DNA of 64,000 nt from Raja brachyura (lineage: Eukaryota), in NCBI GenBank assembly GCA_963514005.1, contig OY740799.1, positions 9,052,001-9,116,000 on the forward strand, given 5' to 3'. The position numbers were made by a program, and so were the translations under genes. The notes beneath the pieces are model-generated. The model was not told the DNA's origin, did not search any database, and saw nothing but the letters and a program-made list of their open reading frames with translations. The stretch's first letter is position 1; each line of letters starts with the position of its first letter. This document shows, piece after piece, positions 22,978-35,628 of this stretch.

Positions 22978-23303
22978 AATGTGGAAACGAGGAACTGCAG
23001 ATGCTAGTTTACAAAAGAAGACACCAAAAGCTGAAATAGTTAAGCAAGTCAGTCAGCAACTATGGAGAACATGGATAGGTGACGTTTCAGATTGGGATGG
23101 TTCTTCAGACTCTGAGAGAGGAGAACTTCTTTAAAATGGGCATACCTTGAGGAGATTTTGCAGTGGAGCAGTGAAATATGGAAAAAGGAAACTGCAAATG
23201 CTGGTTTACAAAAGAAGACACAAAGTGCTGGAGTAGCTCAGTAGGTCAGGCAGCATCTCTGGAGAACATGGACAGGTGACAAGGGTCGGGACCCTTCTTC
23301 AGC
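22978..23303 (-). mobile_element. Partial-tandem Penelope pLTR pair
   Basis: Two direct copies of gaactgcagatgct..acaaaagaagacac..ggagaacatgga(t/c)aggtgac..ttcttcag about 200 nt apart. Confidence 0.7.
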
Positions 23304-23354
23304 AGCACAGGAAAGTGTTGTCACATGGTGACTATGCTGAACTTGATGTTAATT

Positions 23355-23740
23355 TAAACTAATCCCCTCTGCTTCCATATGACCCACCTCCCTCCATTCA
23401 CTGCATACGCAGGTATCTATCTAAAAAAATATCTTTTAAACATGGCATCAAGTTCTAGGCCTCTACCACTTTGCATAACCACTTGCTCTGCATTTCTCTC
23501 TTAAACTTTCCCCCATTGACCTGAAAGCCATGCCCTCTTGCAGTTGACATTTCCACATTAGGAAAAGGTTTTGACTGTTTACTTTCTCTATGCCTCTCAT
23601 AATTTTATAAACTTCCACCAAATCTCCAATGCTCCAGAGAAAACAATCCAAGTTCATCAACCGCTTCTTACCATACCCTTTAATCTAACCCTCTTTATCC
23701 TGGTAAACCTGAATCCTCTCCAATGCTCCACATCCTTCTT
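23355..23740 (-). mobile_element. Degraded CR1 3' fragment
   Basis: GDLVEVYKIMRGIEKVNSQNLF. Confidence 0.7.
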
Positions 23741-24709
23741 GTATGTTCTTCATTTAAATTAAGGCCAATTCAATCTAAATTACATTAATGTAGCATTTTA
23801 ATGTAGCAAAATTTCCCAAGGCACATAACAAAAGAATGAACAAATTGTGTACCAAACTACAAAAAGGATAGATGAACAATAATTTGATCAAAGATATATG
23901 TTTCCTGCATCTTAAAATTGTGGAAGTGTAGGTGAGAGCATTGAGGAACCAATTATAGATCATTGGCAGTTGGTCGCTGAAGGCATTGAGCCAACGGTGG
24001 AGCGATTTACATTTGGTAAAGATCAAGGAGGTCAGACTACAAAAACATGTATTAATTTAGGACCTTCAACGTAAAAAATATCCTGAGGCATTTCACAATG
24101 ATATTAGCATGCATATTATGATTTAATATCCTTTAATAGTCCACTAATGTGTTCTTTGACCAGTTACTCATGACTGCTGTGGTTTTTATGTGAAAACCAA
24201 TTTGAAGTTTTCTCAGAGGCAAATGTGTGCTGTTTATGTCTGGGTAAGTGCATGTCGAACAGACAAAAACCTGTTTCTCGTAGATTATAAGAAAATGGTT
24301 ATGTACATCTCAAACGATGCCATACTAATCGTTTTTAACAACAGACATTTCAGAGATTATGCAAATAATGTGTAATGTGGTTTAAACTTTGAAAAAAAAA
24401 GGCAATTGCAGGGTCCCATACTGCGATTTTTAATATTTGTGTCATGTGAAATTTTAGTGAATGTTGTATCTTGCATGTATTGCTTTTGGGCATCAACTTT
24501 CCACTCTGCAATCCCCCATAAATGTTGATGCTGTTTTCATATTTTTACTGCTCCAGGGTGCAGAGGGATTTACTTTACACATACTTAGTACATGCTGCAG
24601 CGGCAAGGCGAGGACAATACCACTGCTTGAGCCATGGCTCAGAATCTAAAGTGCTACAACGACCTCTTTGATTATGGACTAAATTCAAAATATTCAACAG
24701 GTTCTTCAC

Positions 24710-24876
24710 GTCGCCTAAAGCTGAAGAAGGGTCTCGACCCGAAACGTCGCCTAAACTGAAGAAGGGTCTCGACCCGAAACGTCGCCTAAAGCTGAAGAAG
24801 GGTCTCGACCCGAAACGTCGCCTATCTCCTTAGATGCTGCTGCACCCGCTGATTTTCTCCAGCCTTTTGTGTACCC
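24710..24876 (+). mobile_element. Penelope-pLTR-derived insertion with three tandem hammerhead-like cores
   Basis: CTGAAGAAGGGTCTCGACCCGAAACGTC at 24721, 24756 and 24792. TSD TCTTCAC at 24703-24709 and 24877-24883. Confidence 0.8.
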
Positions 24877-25164
24877 TCTTCACTCACATTGTTTGGGGGA
24901 GAAGAGAGAGAGGTTTTAATTCGCTGAAGGATGAGATTGATTAAAATGTTCAAATGTAAAAATTTCAAACATGATCAATATCCATCCACTGCCAGATTTA
25001 ACAATGATGAGAGAGGACGTGATGGTGAATAATCGTCTCCAAGAATGTAGGACGGTCATTAAAGCATCATAGAGAGGCTCACTGGCAGCCTCAACGGCAA
25101 CAGCCATGAACATTAATCTGCGATCATAGCTCAGGAATCCAGACACTTTGCCTCCAACATTGAT

Positions 25165-25975
25165 ATTGGTTTATTATTGTTAAATGTACCCAGATACAAA
25201 TAAAACCTTTGTTTTGTGTTATCCAGGCAAATAATACCATACAAGAGTGCATCGTGCGGTGGAAAAGAGAAAATAAACAGAGTATTACAGTTACAGAGAA
25301 ACTGTAGATTTAAACATTACCAAGAGCCACGTGAGGTAGATTAGATTCGGAATTTATCCTGAGCAAGTGAAAGGTCCATTCATTGGTTAGATACCAAGGA
25401 AGAAGCTGTTCTTGAATCTGGGGATGCGCGTTTTCAAGATTTTGTATCTGCAGTCCACCAGGAGAGGGGAGAAGAGAGAATAAACAGAGTGGTCCTTGAT
25501 TATGTTGGCTGATTTCCCAAAGTGATGGGATGTGATGTAGATCGAGTTGGTGGGTGAGGAGACTTGTTTGTGTGATGGACTCTACTGTGTTCAGAACTCT
25601 GCAAATTACTTGCAGTCTTGGGCACAACAGTCACCATAACAAGCTCTGATGCACCCGGATAAGCTACTCTCTAGGTTAAATATGAGTCATTGGAAACAGG
25701 ATGAATTTCCTTAGCCTTCTGAGGAAATAGAGTTGTTGGTGTGCTTTCTTGGTCAGTTGGTCCAAGACAAATTGTTGGTGATATTTACACTTAGGAACAT
25801 GAAATACTTGACCACCTTCACTTGAGCACCGTTGACACAGACTGGGGTGTGTATTCTACTCAATTTCCTGAAGTCGACAATCAGCTCCTTCGTTTTGTTG
25901 ACATTGAAGGACAATGTTATTGAGCTCTCTATCTCCTTCCTGTACCCTGGTGGTGTCATCTACAAATTTATAAAT
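25165..25975 (-). mobile_element. Degraded Rex1/Babar LINE 3' part
   Basis: FVDDTT, LSFNVNKTKELIVDFRK..VKYFMFLSVNITNNLSWT. Confidence 0.75.
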
Positions 25976-26069
25976 GGAAGATAGACACAAATTGCTGGGG
26001 TTTCTCCAGCATTTTGTGTCTATCTTCAGTGTAAACCAGCATTTGCTGTTCCTTCCAACACAACTTATG

Positions 26070-26632
26070 AATGGAGTTAGGACATCTTTGACCCAACTTG
26101 TCCACACTGGCCAAGATGCCTATCTAAGCTAGTTTGCCTACATTTGGTCCAGATACCTCTAATTCTGTCCTACCCATGTAGCTGTCTGAGTGTCTTTCAA
26201 AGGTAATTGTATCTGCCTCGTCCACTTCCTTTGGCAGTTCGTCACATATACCCACCAACCTCTAGAAATATATGCCCGTCATGTCCCCTTTCAATCTTTC
26301 TTCTCTCACCTTAAACCTGTGTCCTCTAGTTTTAGACTCCTCTAACCTGGGACAAAAGACTGATCATCCAAGTTATCCATGTCCCTCATGATTTTAGACA
26401 CCTTCGTAAGGTCACCCCTCAGCTTCTTACATTCCAGGGAAAGAGTCCCAGCCTGTCTAGTCTAGGTTGTAAGTATATTGACAAGAGTTAGATTTAGCTC
26501 TTAGGGCTAACAGAATCCAGGGATGTGGGGAGAAAGCAGGAACAGGCTACTGATTTTGGATGATCAGCCAAGATCATATTGAATGGTGGTGCTGGCTCGA
26601 AGAGTCGAATGGCCTACTCCTGCACTCCTGCA
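26070..26632. mobile_element. Two adjoining CR1 3' fragments in opposite orientation (26070-26465 minus, 26470-26632 plus)
   Basis: CR1 C-terminal/3'UTR motifs on both strands, e.g. gagaaagcaggaacaggctactga..gaatggcctactcctgcac. Confidence 0.65.
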
Positions 26633-26714
26633 TCTTGGTCTTTAGCCTGGGGTGGCCAGTCTAAAGACCAAGATGGTGGGGGCAATATCCTCTCACGGGC
26701 TAAAATGGTGGCTT

Positions 26715-29153
26715 ATATAACCATATAACAATTACAGCACGGAAACTGGCCTTCTCGGCCCTTCTAGTCCGTGCCGACCATTTATTTTCCCCTAGTCCCA
26801 TCTACCTGCACTCAGACCATACCCCTCCATTCCCTTCCCGTCCATATACCTATCCACTTTACTTTTAAATGTTAAAATCAATCCTGCCTCCACCACTTCT
26901 GCAGGAAGATCATTCCACACAGCCACCACTCTCTGAGTAAAGAAGTTCCCCCTCATGTTACCCCTAAACTTCTGTCCCTTAATTCTCATGTCATGCCCTC
27001 TTGTTTGAATCTTCCCTACCCTCAATGGGAAAAGCTTATCCACGTCAACTCTGTCTATCCCTTTCATCATTTTAAAGACCTCAATCAAGTCCCCCCTTAA
27101 CCTTCTGCGCTCCAAAGAATAAAGACCTAACTTGTTCAACTTTCTCTGTAACTTAGTTGCTGGAACCCAGGCAACATTCTAGTAAATCTCCTCTGTACTC
27201 TCTCTATTTTGTTGACATCCTTTCTATAATTAGGCAACCAAAATTGTACACCATACTCCAGAATTGGTCTCACCAATGCTTTGTACAATTTTAACAATAC
27301 TTCCCTACTCCTATATTCAATGCTCTGATTTATAAAGGCCAGCATACCACAAGCTTTCTTTACCACCCTATCTACATGCGATTCCACCTTCAGGGAACTA
27401 TGCACAGTTATTCCTAGATCCCTCTGTTCCACAGCATTCCTCTATTCCCTACCATTTACCATGTACGTCCTATTTTGATTTGTCCTGCCAAGATGTAGCA
27501 CCTCAAACTTATCAGCATTAAATTCCATCTGCCATCTTTCAGCCCACTCTTCCAAATGGCCCAAATCAGTCTGTAGACTTTGAAAATCTACTTCATTATC
27601 CACAGCACCACCCCTTAGTATCATCTGCATACTTACTTATCCAATTTTCCACCCCATCATCTAGATCATTGATGTACATGACAAACAACAGTGGACCCAA
27701 CACAGATCCCTGAGGCACCCCACTGGTCACCAGCTTCAAACCTGACAAACAGCCGTCCACCATTACTCTCTGACTTCTCCCATTCAGCCACTATTGAATC
27801 CATCTTGCTACTCCGCCATTAACACCCAAAGATTGAACCTTCTTAACCAACCTTCCATGGGGAACCTTGTCAAAGGCCTTACTGAAATCCATATAGACAA
27901 CATCCACTGCTTTACCCTCATCAATTTCTCTAGTAACCTCTTCAAAAAATTCAAGAAGGTTTGTCAAACATGACCTTCCAGGCACAAATCCATGTTGACT
28001 GTTCTTGATCAGACCCTGTTTATCCTGATGCTTATATATATATTATCTCTAAGTATCCTTTCCATTAATTTGCCCACCACTGACGTCAAACTAACAGGTC
28101 TATAATTGCTAGGTTTATTCTTTGAACTCTTTTTAAACAATGGAACAACATGCACAGTACGCCAATCCTCCGGCACTATTCCCGTTTCTAATGACATTTG
28201 AAATATTTCTGTCATAGCCCCTGCTATTTCTACACTAACTTCCCTCAATGTCCTAGGGAATATCCTGTCAGGACCTGGAGACTTATCCACTTTTATATTT
28301 TTCAAAAGTATCAGTACTTCCTCCTCTTTGAATCTCATAGTTTCCATAGCTACTCTACTTTTTTCCCTTACCTCACAGAGTTCAATATCCTTCTCCTTGG
28401 TGAATATCGAAGAAAAGAAATTGTTCAATATCTCCCCCATCTCTTTTGGTGCTGCAGATAGCTGTCCATTCTGGCTCTCTAATGGTCCAATTTTATCCCT
28501 CGTTATCCTTTTGCTATTAATATAGCTGTAGAAACCCTTTGGATTTACTTTCACATTTCTTGCCAAAGCAACCTCATATCTTCTTTTAGCTTTTCTTATT
28601 TCTTTCTTAAGATTCTTTTTACATTATTTATACTCATCTAGCACCTCATTTACTCCATGCCTCCTATAAATATTGTAGATATCTCTCTTTTTTTGAACCG
28701 TGTCCAATTTCCCTTGAAAACCGTGGCTCTTTCCGATTTTTACTATTTCCTTTCGACCGAACAGGGACATAAAGATTCTGTACTCTTACAATTTCCCCTT
28801 TAAATGTCTTCCATTTCTCTTCTACATCCTTCCCATAAAACTAAAAGTCCCAATTCACTCCTTTTAAATCATTACGCATTCCCTCAAAGTTAGCCTTTCT
28901 CCAATCAAAAATCTCAACCCTAGGTCCAGTTCTGACTCTCTCCATAATTATATTGAAACTAATGGTATTGTGATCACTGGTCCCGAAGTGCTCGCCAACG
29001 CATACCTCCATCACCTGACCTGCCTCATTTCCTAACAGGAGGTCCAGCAATGCCCCTTTTCTAGTCGATACCTCTATGTATTGCTGCAAATCCTGCACAC
29101 ATTTAACAAACTCCAAACCATCCAGCCCATTTACAGAATGTGTTTCCCAGTCT
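26715..29153 (-). mobile_element. CR1 LINE ORF2 (EN C-terminus, RT, C-terminus), 5' truncated, frameshifted
   Basis: LDLLLGN..FGTSDHN; KSPGPD; NYRPVSLTSVVGK; YMDFSKAFDKVPH; GVPQGSVLGP; YADD; (GTTATATG)n tail. Confidence 0.95.
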
Positions 29154-31437
29154 ATCCCAGGCTTCTACCTGGTTTGGGCATCGTCAACAGGAATATATCA
29201 ATGTGATGTTTTAGTAACTCCCCTGTGCTGTCCACTCCTGGATTCATTCTAATGTGGAATCAACATGTTACAGTCATCAGCATAAATACTGTAACTCCAG
29301 AAGCTACAGATCTTGTAGAACAACAATGAACAACTCTGGTCATTATTCCAGAGGCAGAAAAACAGATCCTCCAGTGTAAATTCATTGTCTGGGCAGAAAA
29401 AGAGATGGCCATTAGCAAGGTGTGATTATCAAGAAAGTGCTAACGCTAAGTTAATGCTAACGAAGACTCTCCTGCCAACATACTTGTCAGAAAAAGTACA
29501 AGACCTCATGCAAAACCGACAGATCCACGCACCAGCTATTTTAGATTACATCACAGTCCAAACAAGGATGTCCACCTCACCTGGGCCACAAGAGACTCAC
29601 TGCTGATAATAAGTTATGATCCATCATCTATTTCTCTCGCTGTAGATGCTACATCATCCACAGGGTATTTAAACCACTTTTTGGTTGTGTTTTAAACAGT
29701 AACTGAGCCTCCGCTGTATTTTAAATGTCTTTCCACCAGATTCTGTTGATTTTAATGTTCGTGCATCTGTTAGCATTACATCTACACTGTCCAGTTGGCA
29801 GGAAAACCATCAGTAAATGTCCTAAAGAAAAGCATAAAGCTATACTTTAATATGATTTCATGCTCATCTAGAAAAATGAATGGAATAAAGTGGCCGCTTA
29901 TACTAAATCTCCATACATTACCAATTGGCTATAAAGGAAAAATTAGGCCCATTTACCTCTGGGAATGGCTCCTCCCTTTTCATACTGTAGGAATTGCATG
30001 GGAGGAGGGCTGGAGAGTGTGCGCAAAGACTTATTGAAGAAGCAGCAAACGTTAAAATGCTGGGGGACATTTAATATCGGGCATCAGTCTGGTTGTCAGT
30101 GACGAAGAACTGACAAACCTGTGGTTGATTGTTTCAGACAAAGGCAATTTCAACTTGACAGGCTCCCTGAAACAGGTAAAAACTGTGTCTGTTCTGAAGC
30201 CGTCTTGTTTAAGAATGAATGAAAGTCAGAAAAGGTATTTGCTCTGTTGCCATGGCCACCACAACACTGGCAAGAATTGAATTGGATCAATACAAACAAA
30301 TGCTGTTTTCCAATGGGTTGATTAATAACAACAAAATTCAAAGACAATGATGATTCAGATTTCCAGGAAACTATCTTGGCATGGACATCAATGATCTGAC
30401 TAAAAGTTACTGGGCATGTATCATATAAAATATGACAAAGAATGATTTCAGATACCAGAACCTTATTGCATATCAAAGCAAAGAATAGATGTGTATCCAA
30501 CTTCATCCCTCCACTATTCCTTTCCTGTAGTTGAGACAAAGTTGAACTTCAACCATGAATTGTTGCTACAGGCATTAAATGGATTAGTTTAAGACTTTGT
30601 TTATACAGCACCATGTGCTCATGTGTCTCACTGCTGCTTTATAAATCAGTATGACTAACACTTCTTGCAGCAGTTACAACAATTCACAAACATTTAGTGC
30701 CCTTATTTCACAGAAGGCACAACCCAAATGAACGTTTTCCTAGTATTTCTCTGACATCAATCCAAGAATAAAAACAAGCTACAGTTAATCTTTTTTTTTA
30801 CCACCTTATATCATATGATAAACACCTCCATGAATATAGTGCAAGAAGCAACTTCAGTATGTTAAATATTCAGATATTGTGCAGCCTACTGCAATTTCAA
30901 AGTTGACAGGAAAGGAAGAGCAGCGGAGTGACACTATATAAATTCCTATAGGAACAATTTGTTTGAAATGAGCACTATAGGAAACTGCTGCAAAAAACAA
31001 ACTGCTGAAGGAACTCATTCGAGTGGACAGAATGGACAGATGATGCTTTAGGTCAGGATCCTCCTTTAAAGAAAGGACCCGACCCAAAACATGGTCTGTC
31101 CTTTCCCTCCATTCATGATCCCTGACCTACGAGTTCCTCCAACAGTTTGTATTTTGCTCAGGTTTCCCAGCATATGCGGTTTCTTGTGTCACAATAGGAA
31201 AACGCTTTTGATTGAGCATGCATTAAGGGAAAAAATGTGACAGTGACAGTTAATGGATGTGGAGGAGGAATAGGATCCAGGACCTTGACTGAAGCTTCAT
31301 TTTTGGCAGAGCATACCTTTTATTTCTGTACCCATATAAATAATAACATCAATTGGAACTTTTCACTGTCATATTTTTCTCCAAGCGCACCTTATTGGAA
31401 AGACAGAAGAGGGTGATGGTGTAATGTTATTTTTCAG

Positions 31438-31764
31438 ACTGTAATGTAGGCCCCCCTCGGTCATGACTGACCATGGTTGGTGCATCCTAGTTGTTGGCTG
31501 CTTGCTCCAAACCTTGGCTACAGCAGCATCGTTTGCGGCTGAAGAGACCAATGCGGGAGTGACAGTCTCTGTGGCAAAGGTCACATTTGTGTGTGGTCTC
31601 TGGTTTGTTGAAGTTGCTGCGCTCCTTTCTGCATGCCTGCTTGTCTGCCGCTGCGTTCATTGGTTTCTCTTCCCCCGTTTTGAGATGTTGGTTCAGGGTA
31701 CCTCTCCACCTCGTTGTACGCCTTCATATCTCTCTTGCAGACATCCTTGTAATGTAGCTGGCCA
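31438..31764 (-). mobile_element. RTE-clade LINE, 3' segment
   Basis: Continues the RTE reading frame (..YKDVCKRDMKA) across the nested insertion and ends in a 3'UTR ccatggtcagtcatgaccgagggg. Confidence 0.75.
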
Positions 31765-32579
31765 TTTCCGGAAGTGGCGGCGCTGCCAAGCAGCTGCGGC
31801 TCGCCTGCAGTCTGTCTGTCTTTTGCTTTTTTTTGTTTTCTTTTGTCTTGTTAGATGTATGTTTTAGTTTATTTTTAGTTGTGTATGTGTGGGGGGGTGG
31901 GGGAAACTTTTTTTAAACCTCTTCCTTCAAGGGGGATGCAACCTTTTCCTTGTCGTATCTCCTTCTCCTTCTCCGTCTCCGTCTGCACTGAGGCCTAATA
32001 TCGTGGAGCTGGTGGCCTCCAACTGGAATCGACCTTGAGGCTTCGGTGGCAGAGCATGTGGACTTCCCATCGCGGGACTGGCTGACTTCGGAGGCTGTGG
32101 TGGCGCTGTGGCTGCAACCGACTTTGGAGCTTCGAAGGCTTCGGCCGCGGGCCCTGTGGACGGTAACGTCGGGAGCTCGCAGGTCCCAGGTTGGTGACCG
32201 ATTCTCGGGAGCTCCCCCAACAACAACTTTGTCCGCTGGACTGGGTGGTAGCAGCTTCATCCGCCCCGGGTCGTGGAGTTTGAAACGGCCCGTTCACGGA
32301 GCTTGGAATCGGCCGCGGGACTTACCATCACCGGGCGGTGGCTTCAACATCGAGAACCTCGATCACCTCGACGCAGCGGGAGAACAAGCAAGGAAGAGAT
32401 AAGACTTTTTGCCTTCCATCACAGTGAGGAGGTGCCTGGAGATTCACTGTGATGCATGTTTGTGTTAAACTGTGTTCATTGTGTATTTTGTTGCTTTTTT
32501 TCTGTCATGACTGCAAGGTACGCAATTTCGTTCAAACTGTTGTTTGAATGACAATAAAGGAAATTCTATTCTTCTATTC
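31765..32579 (+). mobile_element. ORF-less bipartite non-autonomous retroelement nested in the RTE
   Basis: GC-rich 5' part starting ccggaagtggcggcgc, then T-rich and G-run segment, then a LINE-type 3' end gacaataaa..(ttctattc)n. It splits the RTE ORF. Confidence 0.7.
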
Positions 32580-34650
32580 CAATGGTTCTCTCCCCAGAAG
32601 TCAGCTCTCCATAGAGGATGTCTTTTGGAATACGGCCATCCTCCATGCGGTAGACAGGCCCAGCCACCGCTGCCTGAGTAGAGTGTACATACTGGGAAGG
32701 CCAGCGCGAGACAGGATCTTGGCGTTGGACACTCTGTCTTGCCAGAATATGCCCAGGATACGGCGGATGCTTCTAAGGTGGAAGGTGTTGAGTCTTCTCT
32801 CCTGTCTAGCCTATGTAGTCCATGTCTCACTGCCGTACAGCAGCGTGCTGTTACCACTGGCGTTGTAGACTGCTATCTTTGTCTTCACCGTCAGCTTTGG
32901 GTTGGTCCACATTCGAGTTGTGAGGCGATCGAGAGTTGTAGCTGCCTTCCCAATCCTCTTATCAATCTATGTGTCCAAGAAGAGGTTGTCGGTGACGGTG
33001 GAGCCGAGGTACGTGAACGGATGGATGGCATCGAGTCCGTAATCGTCGATGGCGATGACAGGCGGCGCCTCTGTATCCTGCCCCAGGACGTTCGTCTTCT
33101 TCAGGCTGATGGTCAGCCTGAAGTCCTTGCAAGCCCAATAGAAGCGGTCCATCAGTGACTCTAGTTCCTACTGGGTGTGGGACACAACTGCTGCGTCATC
33201 GGCAAACAACATGTCTCTAATGAGAGCTTCACGTACTTTTGTCTTTGCTCTGAGGCAGGTGAGGTTGAAGAGCCTGCCATCTGATCCAGTACGCAGGTAG
33301 ATCCCCTCGGTTGCGGTGCCGAAGTCATGTTTCAGGAGCAGAGCGAAGAAAATCCCAAAGAGTATGAGAGTGAGGACACAGCCTTGTTTGACCCCACTGC
33401 AGATGTCGAAGGGCTCCAAGAAGCTGCCATAGAACTGTCCCCTTCGTGTTGATGTGGGAGGATTCTATCGTGCTCTGCAGTTTTGGTGGGCAGCCGATCT
33501 TTGGCAGAGCCTTCAATAGGCCATCTCTGTTGACGAGGTCAAACGCCTTGGTGAGGTCAATGAACATACAGGGGCATCCGCTGTTCTCTGCACTTCTCCT
33601 GGAGCTGGCAAATGGAGAAGAGCATGTCCACTGTTGACCTTCTAGCTCGGAAACCGCACTGTGACCGTAATGATCGTGGCATCCCTCATGTCCTGCGGTA
33701 CAGCTCCTTCTTGCCAGCACTGGCAGAGGACTTCTTACAAAGGAAGCAGTAAGGTAGTCTTGCAATGCTTGATCAGGTCAGGGGGAATCCCGTCGCTGCC
33801 TGGGGCCTTGCCTGAGGCCAGGCTGTCAATGGCCTTGCCAAGCTCTTCTACCATCGGCTCTGCGTCTAACTCATCCATGGTCGGCAGGCACTCGAAGGCA
33901 TCAAGGGCTGAGGGGAACACAGTGTTCTCTCTCGAGTAGAGGTTGGAGTAGTGTTCCACCCATCTCTTCATCTGCTGGCATTCGCCTGTCATTACTTCCC
34001 CAGTGGAAGATTTGAGGGGAACTGTCTGGGCTGGTCCTAGTGCCTTCTTAATGCCTTCGTACATTCCCCTGATGTTACCTGTTATGGTGGCCGTCTGGAT
34101 GTCCTCACTAAGCTGTGTCCAGTAGACATTGGCACAACGCCTGGCAGTTTGCTGAACCTTGCTCCTGGCAGCCCTGAGGATCTGCAGGTTCTTCTTGTTC
34201 GTTGACTGCTCGTACTCGGCTAGGGCGGCGCGCTTGGCTTTGATGAAGGGAGTCATCTCGGTCGACAAACGAGTCGTGTGTCTTCGAGGTCTTCTTCCCA
34301 AAGCTAGCCAAGGTTGTGCGGTGCATGGGGTCCCACGGAATTTCCCACTACTCTGTTGCAGAGTATCCAGGACACGAGGTGCCAAGTTCTCTCTCAAAAG
34401 CCTCTGCAAACTGTTGCACGAGGTCTGGACAGGGCATCTTGCTGACATCGATGCGGGGGTTTCCCTGCTTTTTTGTACGGTAAAACCTCTTTGGTTGCAG
34501 CTTGATCTTGCAACACACCAAGGAGTGGTCTGTGTCGCGGTGCACACTGTGGTAGGAACGTGTGTGGAGAACATTCTTGATGGTGGAACTTCTGACTAGG
34601 ATCAGATCCAGTTGATGCCAATGCTTTGAGCGTGGGTGTCTCCAGGATTA
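32580..34650 (-). mobile_element. RTE-clade LINE (EN C-terminus and RT), decayed
   Basis: WRHPRSKHWHQLDLIL, TDHSLVC, GKAPGSDGIPPD, FIDLTKAFDLVNR, GVKQGCVL, DMLFADDAA, FTYLGS, DGRIPKDILYGEL. Confidence 0.92.
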
Positions 34651-34654
34651 CAGG

Positions 34655-35628
34655 CTTGTAATTAGCGGTGTGCCTTAGGATCTGGTGCTGGGCTCATTGC
34701 TGTTTGTCATGTGTATCAATGATTTGGATGGGAATGTACAAGGTATGATCCGCAAGTTTTCAGATGACACTAAAGAGGGTCGTATTGTAGATGGTTGTCA
34801 AACATTGCAGCAGGATCTTGACTGGATGGGCAGGTGAACTGAGGAATGGTTGATGGGATTTAATGCAGAGAAATATGAGCTGTTGCATTTTGGAAAGTTT
34901 AACAAGGACAGAACCTACAAGGTGAATGGTAGGGCTCTTGGGAGTGTTGTAGAGGAGAGCGATCTAGGATTACAGCGACATAGTTCCTTGAAGTGCCATC
35001 ACTGCTAGTTAGGCTGGTCATAAAGGCTTTCGGCACTGGCCTTCATCAGTCAGAGTATTAACTATAGAAGTTAGGAGGTTATGTTACAGTTGTATAAGAC
35101 ATTGGTGATGCCACATTTAAAGTATTGTGCTCAATTTTGGTAATCATGTTATAGGAAAGATATTGTCAAGCTGGAAAGGGTGCAGGAAAGGTTTACGAGT
35201 ATGTTGCCAGTTCTCATGGATCTGAGCTATAAGGAGAGGTTGAGCTGGCTTGGACTTTATTTCTTGGAGCGCAGCTGGATGAGGGATCATCTTATGGAAG
35301 TGTACAAAATTATGAGAAGATAACATCAGGTAAATGCACAGTCTTTTGTCCACAGTAGGAAAATTGATAACCAGAGGACATAGGTTTAAGGAGAGGGGGA
35401 TGAAGTTTTAATAGGAACCCGAGGAGTGACCTTTCTTTACACAAAGGGTTGTGGGTATATGGAACAAACTGCCAGGGGAGGTAGTTGAGGCACGTACTAT
35501 CATAACATTTAAGAGACATTTGAACATGGATAGGATAGGTTTTGAGGGTCTGGGACAAGCGCCAGCAGGTGGGACTAGAGTAAATGGGGCACGTTGGGCC
35601 GAAGGGCCTGTTTCCACACTGTATGAAT
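34655..35628 (+). mobile_element. CR1 LINE 3' 1 kb, decayed
   Basis: ggtgtgccttagggatctggtgctggg (GVPQGSVLG remnant), FSDDTK, WNKLPGEVVEA, tail gggcctgtttccacactgtat. Confidence 0.88.

Noticed and set aside
30150-30539. 129-aa minus-strand ORF
   Set aside because: No recognisable domain or convincing splice sites, and it does not match the expected next CHCHD3 exon (..QLEEKD..FYKEQL..).
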